A DNA stretch of 63,781 bases, filler included, from Octopus bimaculoides (GCF_001194135.2; 5 parts of 5 records of this genome joined end to end with filler, not necessarily neighbours in it), one strand, 5' to 3'. Positions 26,524 through 40,439 are shown, counted from the first letter of the whole stretch. The notes: generated by a model not told the origin, from the sequence alone. Program-made: numbers and translations.

Positions 26524-26648
26524 CTTGGAAAAGTCTCCAATAAAAAGGAAGTTAGTTGGGCAGTAGTGATAGATCTCGATGTGATACTGACTTCACTTCT
26601 ATTTTGTCCAACTAATTCACGGCTTTTGGCAAAGAACAGCACATTTAC
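26524..26648 (-). CDS. MOCS2: MOCS2A internal exon (VNVLFFAKSRELVGQNRSEVSITSRSITTAQLTSFLLETFPR)
   Basis: TTCCAG acceptor and GTAAAG donor; 125 nt (phase 0 to 2). V.VL.FAKS.E..G matches human VEVLYFAKSAEITG. Confidence 0.95.
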
Positions 26649-27654
26649 CTGGAATTGGAAAAAGGATAAAAAAGGAACTGTAGTACAAATGGGAGGTAAG
26701 TGAGATTTCAGCAACATAATGCTGTCACCTCGACTGAAATCAGTTATTTAAACAAGTGATTCTCAACCGAGGTCCATATAAGATTACGTGCAATAAATTG
26801 GGTATATTTTAACAATACACAAAATAATTTAACATTTTTAAAATGCAATAACCAATAATATTTAATTATAAAAATAAAATAGAATTTAAGTGGGGTGGGG
26901 ATCCAGTTGAGTAAAATAGGAATCACTGATTTAAAACCTTATTTAAAAAGAGGCGTGTTATAAGTTTTTTCTGTGTTATCAAGTGTGTTTATTTTTTCTA
27001 TCCTTCTACCACCTAGATTCAGTTCAAGCAAAATAAGTGCACGGTTCTATATTGAATGGAGCAGAAATGGTCAACAGATTTAGGAGATTAATTTGTGAAA
27101 CATTCGTTTGGAAAGAAATGTTTTGTGCCTAGAGGGGTGGTCATTTTTGGTAGAGCAGAATTGTGAAATCCCTGGATTTCTAATTATTTGCTTTCTCTTC
27201 CAAAACACAAAAAGGACGTGTCCTATTCTAAAACTATTTTTCATTCAATTTTCAAAAGCAAGACGTGGTTTCTACGTTAAAAAATGAACAACCGCTCAGA
27301 ATATAATGTTCGTTAATCTTACCAATGAAATGAAATTGGCGATATTATTTCCCTGACAATGATGTATTTCTTAATAATTTGTTTTTGCGTTCAGTTTTCC
27401 CAAAGGTATTAACAACAAAAGGGAAAAAGACAAAGCAGCCACTAAGTACTGCAGCTGAATAGAACAAAATCCTGGAATAACCGCAATCTGTCGGCCAATT
27501 ACAGTTCCATCCTGTGGCATTCGAGACGTTGGTGGGGTCAGACCACTAACTGCAAAAATTCCTGTTTTCACTGGCAACTCACCTAGCAGGGGTAACTGGT
27601 GAGACTCGTGAAGGCACTAGGCTGTTCCAGCACATCACTCTCGCCATCACCCAC

Positions 27655-27702
27655 GGTAACGCTGCAAGCGTTCTGGCATGCCTCAATAGCCATAAGAGAC
27701 AT
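27655..27702 (-). CDS. MOCS2: Candidate MOCS2A first coding exon (MSLMAIEACQNACSVT), donor GTGGGT at 27654
   Basis: Phase-0 join to VNVLFFAK, in a CpG-richer stretch consistent with a 5' end. An alternative phase-0 candidate is MPQDGT at 27503-27520 (donor GTAATT). Cannot be resolved without transcripts. Confidence 0.4.
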
Positions 27703-28114
27703 TTGCCAGCGCTCGCAACTTTTCAACCCAATTGCTTTGGTTTGTTTTTTGATTCGGTCAATATAAAGACTTTCCCGAAGGGAAGAAAAAAAAAAATACA
27801 CCAGCCTGCTGTGTGTTAATAAGTATGTAGAAAACGAATATGAAAAAACAAAATATGCGCTAACAAGCCTGATGGGTAGAGAGGGGACTTTCGAAAAATT
27901 CACATCCAATTTTTCCATCATACCTCCCGGCAAAATATATATGTATCAATTTATTTTTAAAGAATCCAAAGATTTTGGTTATGGTGGAACCAATTCTGAA
28001 CAAAAACTGTTCAAATGTCGCAATTTCGAGATTTCAATATATATCTATATATATAAAAATGAGAATGTGTNNNNNNNNNNNNNNNNNNNNNNNNNNNNNN
28101 NNNNNNNNNNNNNN

Positions 28115-28126
28115 TTAATTAATTAA
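28115..28126. other. Assembly spacer TTAATTAATTAA inside N-runs (also 41486-41497, 55862-55873, 58886-58897)
   Basis: Identical 12-mer with stops in all six frames, always flanked by N blocks; an artefact. Confidence 0.9.
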
Positions 28127-28170
28127 NNNNNNNNNNNNNNNNNNNNNNNNNNNNNNNNNNNNNNNNNNNN

Positions 28171-28368
28171 GTAGTAGTAGTAGATCTAGTTGTTGTTTTG
28201 GTGGTAGTTGTAAGTGGTATTCTGACTGTAGTAGTAGTAGTAGTAGTAGTAGTAGATCTAGTTGTTGTTTTGGTGGTAGTTGTAAGTGGTATTCTGACTG
28301 TAGTAGTAGTAGTAGTAGTAGTAGATCTAGTTGTTGTTTTGGTGGTAGTTGTAAGTGGTATTCTGACT

Positions 28369-28415
<47 letters not shown>

Positions 28416-28510
28416 TTTTCTTGTAGTGGTAGTAGTAGTTTTTCTTGTAGTGGTAGTAGTTGTAAGTGGTATCGTCGTTGTTGTTGCTGTTGTGCTGGTT
28501 GTAGTAGTGA
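28171..28510. repeat. Compound (GTA)n/(GTT)n minisatellite, ~60-66-bp unit x3
   Basis: AGATCTAGTTGTTGTTTTGGTGGTAGTTGTAAGTGGTATTCTGACT(GTA)n repeated. Confidence 0.9.
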
Positions 28511-30794
28511 TAGATATATATATAAGTGGTCTTCTTGTGCGAATTTGTTGCCTGTTTCTTAAGTCCCGAGAAGCCATAACCAGTAACAGCGTTTAATCAA
28601 AGGCGTCCTAGCCGTGACCATCCCTTCAATTCAGGCAAATCAAATTCACATCATCGAATAAGTCCATTTCTAATATGGAAAAGGAGCGATTTGAGGCCGA
28701 TTTGACAGGCGCAGGCATGGCTGTGTGGTAAGAAGTTTGCTTCCCAACAAAATAGGTCGGGTTTCACTGCAAGCTACCTTCGGCAAGTGTCTTCTACATC
28801 CTCGGGCCACCGAATCCTTATGAGTGGATTTGATAGACAGAAACTGAGAGAAACCGGTGAGCTGGGGGGAAACGTTAGCGCGCCGGGCGAAATGCTTAGC
28901 GGTATTTCGTCTGCGGTTACGTTCTGAGTTCAAATTCAGCCGAGGTCGACTTTGCCTTTCATTTCTTTCGGGGTCGATTAAATAAGTACCAGTTATGCAC
29001 AGGGGTTGATAATCGACTTTATCTGTCCTTGTTTGTACCCTCTGTGTGTAGCCCCTTGAGGGCAATAAAGAAATAAGAAACTGAGAGAAACCGGTGAGCT
29101 GGGGGGAAACGTTAGCGCGCCNNNNNNNNNNNNNNNNNNNNNNNNNNNNNNNNNNNNNNNNNNNNNNNNNNNNNNNNNNNNNNNNNNNNNNNNNNNNNNN
29201 NNNNNNNNNNNNNNNNNNNNNNNNNNNNNNNNNNNNNNNNNNNNNNNNNNNNNNNNNNNNNNNNNNNNNNNNNNNNNNNNNNNNNNNNNNNNNNNNNNNN
29301 NNNNNNNNNNNNNNNNNNNNNNNNNNNNNNNNNNNNNNNNNNNNNNNNNNNNNNNNNNNNNNNNNNNNNNNNNNNNNNNNNNNNNNNNNNNNNNNNNNNN
29401 NNNNNNNNNNNNNNNNNNNNNNNNNNNNNNNNNNNNNNNNNNNNNNNNNNNNNNNNNNNNNNNNNNNNNNNNNNNNNNNNNNNNNNNNNNNNNNNNNNNN
29501 NNNNNNNNNNNNNNNNNNNNNNNNNNNNNNNNNNNNNNNNNNNNNNNNNNNNNNNNNNNNNNNNNNNNNNNNNNNNNNNNNNNNNNNNNNNNNNNNNNNN
29601 NNNNNNNNNNNNNNNNNNNNNNNNNNNNNNNNNNNNNNNNNNNNNNNNNNNNNNNNNNNNNNNNNNNNNNNNNNNNNNNNNNNNNNNNNNNNNNNNNNNN
29701 NNNNNNNNNNNNNNNNNNNNNNNNNNNNNNNNNNNNNNNNNNNNNNNNNNNNNNNNNNNNNNNNNNNNNNNNNNNNNNNNNNNNNNNNNNNNNNNNNNNN
29801 NNNNNNNNNNNNNNNNNNNNNNNNNNNNNNNNNNNNNNNNNNNNNNNNNNNNNNNNNNNNNNNNNNNNNNNNNNNNNNNNNNNNNNNNNNNNNNNNNNNN
29901 NNNNNNNNNNNNNNNNNNNNNNNNNNNNNNNNNNNNNNNNNNNNNNNNNNNNNNNNNNNNNNNNNNNNNNNNNNNNNNNTGGCTGAGCACTCCACAGACA
30001 CGCGCACCCTTGACGTAGTTCTTAGGAAGATTCAGCGCGACACAGAATCTGACAAGGCTGGCCGTTTGAATTACAGGTACGAATCATTTTTGCCAGCTGA
30101 GTGAACTAGAATATTTATTAAAAAAATAAAAAAAAAATATATATGTGTGCGTATGTCTTGAGTCTGTTTGTCCTCCACCACCGCTTGGCAACCGGTATTG
30201 GTGTGCTTACGTCCCTGTAACTTAGCAGTTCGGCATAAGTGAACGATAGAATAAGTATCAAGCTTGAAAACGTAATTAATGCAGTTGATTCATTCGACTA
30301 AAAGCTGCTCCAAGGCGGTGCCCCAGTATGACCGCAGTCTAATGACTGAAACAAGTAAAAGGTAAAAGACATCTAGCGGACTGAAAGAAACATACCCGAA
30401 AGAAACATACCCGTTTGGTTCGTTAGAATAACTGACAATGTTGCTCCCGTTGTTGTTAATGTCGATGTTGTTGTAGTTGGTGTTGATGATGATGTTGATG
30501 CTGCTGCTGAATTTGTTGTCGCTTTTTTGTTGTTGTTGCTTTCTATGTTGAAATAATCGTTATCGCGCCTTCGTAACGTTGTTTTGCTTACGTGTTCTCC
30601 GCTTTTGTTGTTGGTGGTGGTGTTGCTTTTGTTTTTGTTATAGTTGATGTCATTACCATTCTTCTTCTTCTTGTTGTTGCTGTTGTTGTTGTTGGTGCTG
30701 TTCTTCTTTGTATGGATGCTGTTGATAATGTTGTGGAGCAGTTTTAATAATTTTTTTTTTTTGGATTTTATTTTTGGTAATTAATATTATTGTT

Positions 30795-30849
<55 letters not shown>

Positions 30850-30850
30850 C

Positions 30851-30897
<47 letters not shown>

Positions 30898-31844
30898 CAC
30901 CACCACCNNNNNNNNNNNNNNNNNNNNNNNNNNNNNNNNNNNNNNNNNNNNNNNNNNNNNNNNNNNNNNNNNNNNNNNNNNNNNNNNNNNNNNNNNNNNN
31001 NNNNNNNNNNNNNNNNNNNNNNNNNNNNNNNNNNNNNNNNNNNNNNNNNNNNNNNNNNNNNNNNNNNNNNNNNNNNNNNNNNNNNNNNNNNNNNNNNNNN
31101 NNNNNNNNNNNNNNNNNNNNNNNNNNNNNNNNNNNNNNNNNNNNNNNNNNNNNNNNNNNNNNNNNNNNNNNNNNNNNNNNNNNNNNNNNNNNNNNNNNNN
31201 NNNNNNNNNNNNNNNNNNNNNNNNNNNNNNNNNNNNNNNNNNNNNNNNNNNNNNNNNNNNNNNNNNNNNNNNNNNNNNNNNNNNNNNNNNNNNNNNNNNN
31301 NNNNNNNNNNNNNNNNNNNNNNNNNNNNNNNNNNNNNNNNNNNNNNNNNNNNNNNNNNNNNNNNNNNNNNNNNNNNNNNNNNNNNNNNNNNNNNNNNNNN
31401 NNNNNNNNNNNNNNNNNNNNNNNNNNNNNNNNNNNNNNNNNNNNNNNNNNNNNNNNNNNNNNNNNNNNNNNNNNNNNNNNNNNNNNNNNNNNNNNNNNNN
31501 NNNNNNNNNNNNNNNNNNNNNNNNNNNNNNNNNNNNNNNNNNNNNNNNNNNNNNNNNNNNNNNNNNNNNNNNNNNNNNNNNNNNNNNNNNNNNNNNNNNN
31601 NNNNNNNNNNNNNNNNNNNNNNNNNNNNNNNNNNNNNNNNNNNNNNNNNNNNNNNNNNNNNNNNNNNNNNNNNNNNNNNNNNNNNNNNNNNNNNNNNNNN
31701 NNNNNNNNNNNNNNNNNNNNNNNNNNNNNNNNNNNNNNNNNNNNNNNNNNNNNNNNNNNNNNNNNNNNNNNNNNNNNNNNNNNNNNNNNCCACAATCCCC
31801 ACCATAATCCCCACCACCACCACTACCACCACCACCACCACCAA

Positions 31845-31901
<57 letters not shown>

Positions 31902-33789
31902 ATCATCGTCGAGATCATCGTATGCTCATCCCTGTAGTCATCGTCGTTGTTCCCATCGTCATCCCCTCCATCGCCGTCGCTGCTACTACTGCCCCCACTG
32001 CCACTGCCGATACCCCCAAACCCCATCCCCATCAACACCCTCATCCTTACCCTGATCCCCACCCCACGCCCACCACTACCATGCTTCTCTTCTCCCCTCA
32101 ACGTTTGTCGTCGTCATCATCATCATCATCATCATCATCACCACCATCATTTGTTCTTGTTGTTGTTGTTTATTATCATTGTTGTTCTTGTTGTTGCTAT
32201 GCTACTTCTTATTGGTTTCGGTATCGGCTGTCTGCTATAGAAAAGCATTTCTTTTCTTTCCCTTTTTTTTTTTCGTTGAAAAAAGTTTATGTTCCGTAAA
32301 TGAAAAATAAACATGGCGGATGCGACGGCAGAATTTTTTCTTTAATTAAATAGTTTGGTAGTCGCTGTTTGTATACTCTTAATACATTTCAGGATTTGGT
32401 GTAAATTACTATTTTCCCTTTACCCTAGCTCTCTCTTATTTTCTCTTACTCTTTCCCTCTCTCCCCCTCAATCCCATTTTACATTCGCATGCGTGTGTAT
32501 GTGTGTCTTTGTAGACACACGTATATATGCACATCTGTGTACATGTATGTATGCATACATACAAGTACATATTTCCAAATATGTATATATACTCGGAAAA
32601 TCCTATCACATATACACATATATGTCCATATAAATACACACATATACACATATATAGAGATCTGCATATAAATTTATATATATNNNNNNNNNNNNNNNNN
32701 NNNNNNNNNNNNNNNNNNNNNNNNNNNNNNNNNNNNNNNNNNNNNNNNNNNNNNNNNNNNNNNNNNNNNNNNNNNNNNNNNNNNNNNNNNNNNNNNNNNN
32801 NNNNNNNNNNNNNNNNNNNNNNNNNNNNNNNNNNNNNNNNNNNNNNNNNNNNNNNNNNNNNNNNNNNNNNNNNNNNNNNNNNNNNNNNNNNNNNNNNNNN
32901 NNNNNNNNNNNNNNNNNNNNNNNNNNNNNNNNNNNNNNNNNNNNNNNNNNNNNNNNNNNNNNNNNNNNNNNNNNNNNNNNNNNNNNNNNNNNNNNNNNNN
33001 NNNNNNNNNNNNNNNNNNNNNNNNNNNNNNNNNNNNNNNNNNNNNNNNNNNNNNNNNNNNNNNNNNNNNNNNNNNNNNNNNNNNNNNNNNNNNNTATATA
33101 TATATATATATATATATATATGCCTGTTTATAGACATATACATACAACATTAATTTACGGTATATTGTATGTGTGTGTGAATATATTTATATGTGTGCAT
33201 TTATATACGTATAGTAAGTATTAAATTCTATGGCAGCTTTTACAGTTTTGAATGAAGTGTGTCGGAATCGATGAATTTTTGTAGGAATTTCCACTGCTAT
33301 TTATTAGAGAATATCTAACAAGCAACTGCCTAAAATAGCTTATTTCTTAATTCATAGATTTAGCACATCTTATAAAATCGTCATACAAATGAAAAGTACA
33401 TTCAGTAATAAAAAAAAAACAAAACTAGTGGCTGTGTGGTAAGTAGCTTGCTTACGAACCCCATGGTTCCAGGTTCAGTCTTACTGCGTGGCACCATCAA
33501 GTGTCTTCAACTATAGCCTCGGGCCGACCAAAGCCTTGTGAGTGGATTTTGTAGACAGAAACTGAAAGAAGCCTGTCATATATATATGTATGTATATGTT
33601 TGTTTGTCCACCCAACATCGCTTGACAACCGATGCTGGTGTATTTACGGCCCCGTAACTTAGCGGTTCAGCAACGGTCACCGATAGAATAGGTACTAGGC
33701 TTACAAAGAATAAGTCCTGGGGTCGATTTGCTCGACTAAATGCAGTGCTCCAGCATGGCCGCAGTAAAATTACTAAAACAAATACAAGA

Positions 33790-33822
<33 letters not shown>

Positions 33823-33940
33823 TATATATAAATTCAGTAAATGGAGTAATACGCATATGTTAAATGAATTCTTTTATTTCCAACATATGTTCGAAAATTG
33901 CAAATGGTTCCTTCCAAAGGAATAGGTGCTGATTCCTATG

Positions 33941-34032
33941 TATTTCCCTGAAGAGAAGATTACATCTTTATCAACATCACCTATTCCTTTGGAAGGAACC
34001 ATTTGTAATCTTCGAAACATATGTTGGAAATA
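33941..34032 (+). ncRNA. Type I hammerhead ribozyme motif (family B)
   Basis: Stem I UAUUUCC/GGAAAUA (7 bp), core CUGAAGA, perfect 10-bp stem II GAAGAUUACA/UGUAAUCUUC with a ~39-nt loop, GAAA, palindromic stem III ACAUAUGU, predicted cleavage after GUU (34025). Confidence 0.85.
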
Positions 34033-34227
34033 AAAGAATTCATTTAGCATATGCGTATTACTCCATTTACTAAATTTTTATATTTATTCAATTGCCCAAA
34101 ATAACAGGGAGTTTCTACCTCATAAATAGGAGTTACACCACAATCATTTTGTGATCTTTGCTACCCTGGAATCTATTAACCAATTTATTTTGTCGGAGTT
34201 AATTATTAGCCAACAGAAAATAAATAC

Positions 34228-34265
<38 letters not shown>

Positions 34266-34939
34266 NNNNNNNNNNNNNNNNNNNNNNNNNNNNNNNNNNN
34301 NNNNNNNNNNNNNNNNNNNNNNNNNNNNNNNNNNNNNNNNNNNNNNNNNNNNNNNNNNNNNNNNNNNNNNNNNNNNNNNNNNNNNNNNNNNNNNNNNNNN
34401 NNNNNNNNNNNNNNNNNNNNNNNNNNNNNNNNNNNNNNNNNNNNNNNNNNNNNNNNNNNNNNNNNNNNNNNNNNNNNNNNNNNNNNNNNNNNNNNNNNNN
34501 NNNNNNNNNNNNNNNNNNNNNNNNNNNNNNNNNNNNNNNNNNNNNNNNNNNNNNNNNNNNNNNNNNNNNNNNNNNNNNNNNNNNNNNNNNNNNNNNNNNN
34601 NNNNNNNNNNNNNNNNNNNNNNNNNNNNNNNNNNNNNNNNNNNNNNNNNNNNNNNNNNNNNNNNNNNNNNNNNNNNNNNNNNNNNNNNNNNNNNNNNNNN
34701 NNNNNNNNNNNNNNNNNNNNNNNNNNNNNNNNNNNNNNNNNNNNNNNNNNNNNNNNNNNNNNNNNNNNNNNNNNNNNNNNNNNNNNNNNNNNNNNNNNNN
34801 NNNNNNNNNNNNNNNNNNNNNNNNNNNNNNNNNNNNNNNNNNNNNNNNNNNNNNNNNNNNNNNNNNNNNNNNNNNNNNNNNNNNNNNNNNNNNNNNNNNN
34901 NNNNNNNNNNNNNNNNNNNNNNNNNNNNNNNNNNNNNNN

Positions 34940-35004
<65 letters not shown>

Positions 35005-35225
35005 TATATATATACACACGCACACGCACATATATATATATACATATATATATGCATATATACACAGACACGCATACATACACACACACACACACACACA
35101 TACATATATATATATACACATATATATATATATATATACACACACATATGAACACGCACATATATATATATACACACATATATACACACATATATATACA
35201 CACAAATATATATGTGCATATAAAT

Positions 35226-35295
<70 letters not shown>

Positions 35296-35715
35296 GCATA
35301 TATAGACATATATATATATATACATATATTCACATACATCTATATATAAATACAAATATATATACATATACATGCATATATATACATACATATACACACA
35401 CATATATATATATATATACATATATACATATATATACATAAATATATATATATATATACAGGAATATATATATATATACATGCATATATGTATATACACA
35501 TATATATACACATATATACATACACATATATATATATGCACATAAATACATACACACATATATATGTATATACATACATGAATATATATATATATATACA
35601 TATATATACGTATATATACACACATGTACACACATACATATATGTACATACATATATATACACATATGTACATATATATATACACATGCATATATATATG
35701 CATATATGTTCATAT
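34940..35715. repeat. Long compound (TA)/(CA) microsatellite tract
   Basis: Directly visible; source of the spurious IYIY/THTH ORFs. Confidence 0.95.
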
Positions 35716-36133
35716 ATACATAGTGAAACTATTAAAAGTGAAACTATATAAATGTGAATCTATTAAAAATGAAGGTATTTATATCTTAGTTCTTTGGAGG
35801 TTTTACTTTTACTCTTCGAGTTTTGAGACATAATACTGAACCGGTGCCAATGTTGCATTGTTTTAATACCCGCAAAATTACACGTTGACACTCTTGGCGT
35901 CTCATAGTATTACCATGTAAAATTTGATTTGATTTGGTTGAGCCGTCTGAGAATGNNNNNNNNNNNNNNNNNNNNNNNNNNNNNNNNNNNNNNNNNNNNN
36001 NNNNNNNNNNNNNNNNNNNNNNNNNNNNNNNNNNNNNNNNNNNNNNNNNNNNNNNNNNNTATATATATACATATATATGTATGTATATATGTATGTAGGT
36101 GTGTGTTTGCATATATATGTGTTTGTGTTTGTG

Positions 36134-36221
<88 letters not shown>

Positions 36222-36624
36222 GTGTGGGTAGGTGTATACAGATATCAGAATATGCAGATACAAGTTTGGTTTGTACGTGTAATAGATTACCAATTCCATA
36301 CTACTTCCGTATATCATCATTGCACTTTACCGAATCTGCGTAATCTTTATATGTAGGAAACAAGGTCATACCTGCGATTAAATTACTTCTCACTTTTGAT
36401 CTCATCTCAAGAGGTGTAACAGTTTTTTTAAAACCATTTACTTACACCAACGTAGTCGTTCTTCATGATGAGGATTCTTATTTCTAGATGCACACATAAT
36501 ATCGGATTAGATTCAAGCAAAGAAGAGCATTTATCTTTAAATTATGGCGAGTAACACTCTTATCCATTATAGCACTGATGCATGTACATTTAATGAAACA
36601 TTTTCAGGCTCTATAAATACGTTC

Positions 36625-36745
36625 TTTACTAAAGGCAGCCATTTTAAACTAGTGTTACGACTATGCTTGTTGATTGGCTTGCTGTAAACTTTCTCGCTCT
36701 AGCTAACGCTGCTTTCAGTTTAATATGGCTGCCTCTAGTGGAAAA
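36625..36745. mobile_element. Short MITE
   Basis: Inverted termini CTAAAGGCAGCCATTTTAAACT / AGTTTAATATGGCTGCCTCTAG. Confidence 0.6.
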
Positions 36746-37093
36746 TAAATTTCAAGAACCTAATATAATGTTCAAGAAGCCACTGGCCTTTTCTAGTTTC
36801 CTTCACCAATTCTAACTTTCCCGCCTGTTGTCCATATGATCCTCTCGCCCCACATCTCTGTCAATCTACCTCTCACCCACTTGATTCCACGTCATTCTTC
36901 AATTCAATTCCTTCTTCACATATTTATTCGCAACCCAAACATCACCATCGCCACCTCCCTCTTCTTAATTCTTAAACGAAGTTCAATAACAGGAAGCGTT
37001 AGATTCTGCAATCGTCACGCTAATTGAACCTAAATATTTACATGAACTAATAATACCTGCCTACCACTGACTATCTACACTTTCCTCTTCGGA

Positions 37094-37145
<52 letters not shown>

Positions 37146-37309
37146 GTTGTTGTTGTTGTTGTTGTTGTTGTTATTAGTTATGGTTTCTTTTGATTATAAC
37201 TTTGTTTCAGCTGCCTTAGTACCGGGCATCCTCCGGAGGTCAAGAGTAGCAAGTGCACTTTTGTTTTACTATGCATACTAAAATTATCACCACATTTATT
37301 CCATTTTAG

Positions 37310-37490
37310 ATGGAGAGTGCTTTCCGTGGTATATGGGCTGTACTCATCAAGGTTATCTTTTGTAGTTCATGGAGACTGGAGTTACCAGGGAGTTGCTTAA
37401 TATACTTCTGAGCTCCCTTCTTTATCATTCGCAACGCACCAATCATTACTGGTATTATCGTAGTACTAAGGTTCCACAATTTTGTGATGT
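37310..37490 (-). mobile_element. R4/Dong-like (RLE-type) non-LTR retrotransposon 3' fragment
   Basis: KLWNLSTTIIPVMIGALRMIKKG...LQKITLMSTAHIPRKAL matches the typical ORF C-terminus of this clade. Confidence 0.65.
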
Positions 37491-39534
37491 GTGTGCATGT
37501 GTTTATATACATACATGGATATACAAATATATATTACACACATATGTATACATGTATATATAAAGTATGTTAGTATATGTGTGTATTTATTACAACTGAA
37601 CTGTTCTAAGAGAGATCGTTCATTTTTTGAGTCTGGTTAATAGCATGATGAGACTCAGATCTTACAAGGGGGCGTTGCGTGAAGATTTAAGTTCATCACT
37701 GTATCAATTGGACATGAAACTGGTAAGTCTCCGTCGAGCCTTTCACAATCGATAATTTCATTTAATAGAAATCGTTGTGATACACTCTACCCTCTTGTTC
37801 CTTGTAGTATGTCATACGAAAACTATGTATATGCACCTGATCAGTCATACAATAGTAGGGATAATGGTGTAAGATGTTTTATCTGAGGACATATATAAAG
37901 GCAATTTTCACAGATTTAAAATAGTCACGGGATTCTATCTGTTATATAGTTATAGTGGCATGGTAGCTGTTTTCACTCTGAAAAGTAATTATCCTGCAAA
38001 GCTGAATGAAACTGGCTAATGTTTATTTTCAGTGGATGCACGCTTTAGGGGAGGGGACTTTACAGGAGTAACTTACTCCTGTGTCGGCAATTAAACATCA
38101 TATCTGTCCTCGTGTTAAGAGATTTCAGAGGCTGCTTCACGTTCAGGAATACTTTGATTAGGCAAACCTGCAAGTCTGTGACGCGACTCTGTCCATAGTA
38201 TTTATTCCATGATATTAGAGGCCATCCCAGGCCTTAGTTTAGGCGTTTGTGACAGTTTTGTTTTGGCGTCCTCTAAGTCAGCAGTTCGGTCAAAGGGTGT
38301 CGATAAAACATGTGCCACTCTTTATTTAGATATAAATACTAGAGTCGATTTGTTCGACTATACTCTTCAAGGCGGTGTCCCAGCATGGCTGTAGTCCAAT
38401 GACTGAAGCGAATAGAAGATAACAGAATACATACACAAAAACAAACACACGAACACACACACATACACACACAAACACACACACATATGTATATTTATAT
38501 TATCCCTTTACAAGAAGAGTAGACGCACATATATATGTGTGGCTGTGTTTTTGTGAATATGTATACGTATTTGTACATATATGCATTTGTATATATATAC
38601 GTGCATATATATACACATGTATCTATGTATTCATACTTACATACATACATAAGTACATACGTAGATGTGTATATAAATATAAGAATGTAGGAAAGTCAAT
38701 AAAAATAGCTAGCTATCAAAAGCAACCTATTTACCAAACCATAAAAGTATTTCTTCCATCTTTGGCTTAGTGCCAGGCTATACAAGTAATTTCCTGGTAC
38801 GCTATGTTTAGTCAGCCACCCGGTTTTGATACCCGGTGGTAGGAACTTGACATTTATCACGTTGTTGATGGTTTATAGTAATTGCACTCCTGCCTCGCTG
38901 AAAACTGGGGCTTTTGAATCTCAACTTCGACATTTCTGACCAAGATACCTATCTATTTAGAATCAACATTGTTGTTGTTGTTGTGATGAAGGTGGCGAGC
39001 TGGAAAAATTGTTAGGACACTAGTCAAAGTGTTTAGCAGATCTCAAATTCTGAGTTCAAATTCTGCTGAAATCGAATTTAGTTTTCATCCTTTCAGGGTC
39101 GACAAAATGATTACCAATTGAGCATTAGTGTCGATGTGCTTGACAAGCTCCCCGCCGCCAAATGTTAGGCTTTGTGCCGATAATAGACAAAATCCTCCTA
39201 TTTAATAATGCTCGGTTGTCAACTAATGTCTATACATGTATCAGTATAAACATTCTTTTATTCTTTTATTCTTTTACTTGTTTCAGTCATTTGACTGCGG
39301 CCATGCTGGATCACCGCCTTTAGTCGAACAAATCGACCGCAGGACTTATTCTTTGTTAGCCTAGTACATTCTATCGGTAACTTTTGCCGAACCGCTTAGT
39401 ATTTACTATTTCTATGAATCCTGTTAACTTACAAGACTTCACCAGATTGAAAACAAGGAAATCGATGCCAGATACGATGCCTGATCAGACTTTAATGAGG
39501 TACGAAACTTGACAGATTTTTTTTTATCTTACTG

Positions 39535-40388
39535 CTGGGTCATTCCATATGAATTCAACCAAAGTTAAAAATATTTTGCACGTGACCAACTCAGATTTGG
39601 TTCATAACTTTTTTTGTAATATCTCTATATGCATAAAGTACACATGCATAATTTTAGGGTTCAATTCCTAAGGGTATATACATTTCTGAATAAATAAAAT
39701 TTGGATATATACATTTCTGAATAAATAAAATTTGGATATATACATTTGATATATACATTTGAATAAATAAAAATTTGGCTATATACATTCCTTTGTTTGA
39801 TTGCTCACATGGTGAACTTGCAAGGTGAAAATTGTCAAAACTGTTTTTTTTTCATGCGGAACCATTTTCAGAGGCCTGTAAATATTATATATTATTATGC
39901 CTTGTACATTGTCAATATTCTTATCATGAACGGATCAGTCCTCAAATTGAAGAAACTCAGCAGAAATTTGCTTCTGTTAGACATCTTGGACTCATGGGGA
40001 ACGCTTGAATATTGATTTTCTATTTCCTCCCATGAAAAGGTTCATATTCGAAAGGCCAATTGCTCGAAAATGAAGGGTGACAGAGCAATTTTATTAGTAG
40101 ATTCTGACAGTGTTCAGATTACCTGGAGTTGTCAATTTCAGTCAAATGCCAGGATTAGTTTTAAAGATATTCAGCACTAAAATCTGTATGAATTGACACT
40201 CGCGCTCCACGATGAGCATGGCCCTCAAATTTTGGCGGGACATATCTTTGAAACCCTCAAGAGTTGGATCTTAAAATCATACCTGTGTTCCTTATGCATA
40301 TAGAGGTATAACCAAACGAAAACAAATTTGAGCCAAATCTGATTTGTCACGTGTATAGCTCTAGTTGAGTTCATATGGAATGACTCTG
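39535..40388. mobile_element. Non-autonomous DNA transposon (MITE) with ~65-bp TIRs
   Basis: GGGTCATTCCATATGAATTCAAC...CACGTGACCAACTCAGATTTGG mirrored at 40330-40388; internal ~30-bp tandem repeats at 39676-39785. Confidence 0.75.
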
Positions 40389-40439
40389 CAGAAATTGTTC
40401 TGGCTTATAGGAGAGGTCTATATTCACAAAGTGTCTAAC

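Noticed and set aside
28119-28596. Thr-rich / Val-rich ORFs resembling a mucin
   Set aside because: Translation of a (GTA)n compound minisatellite next to a gap; open on both strands, no splice or domain support.
32308-32345. AACATGGCGG (YY1-like site or start codon)
   Set aside because: ORF stops after 10 codons; single motif amid microsatellites.
30653-36356. Long ORFs of 200-500 aa in the ORF track
   Set aside because: Made of N-gaps and di/trinucleotide microsatellites.
36289-36375. Exon-like GMTLFPTYKDYADSVKCNDDIRK* on the minus strand
   Set aside because: Isolated, no recognisable homology, no partner exons found.
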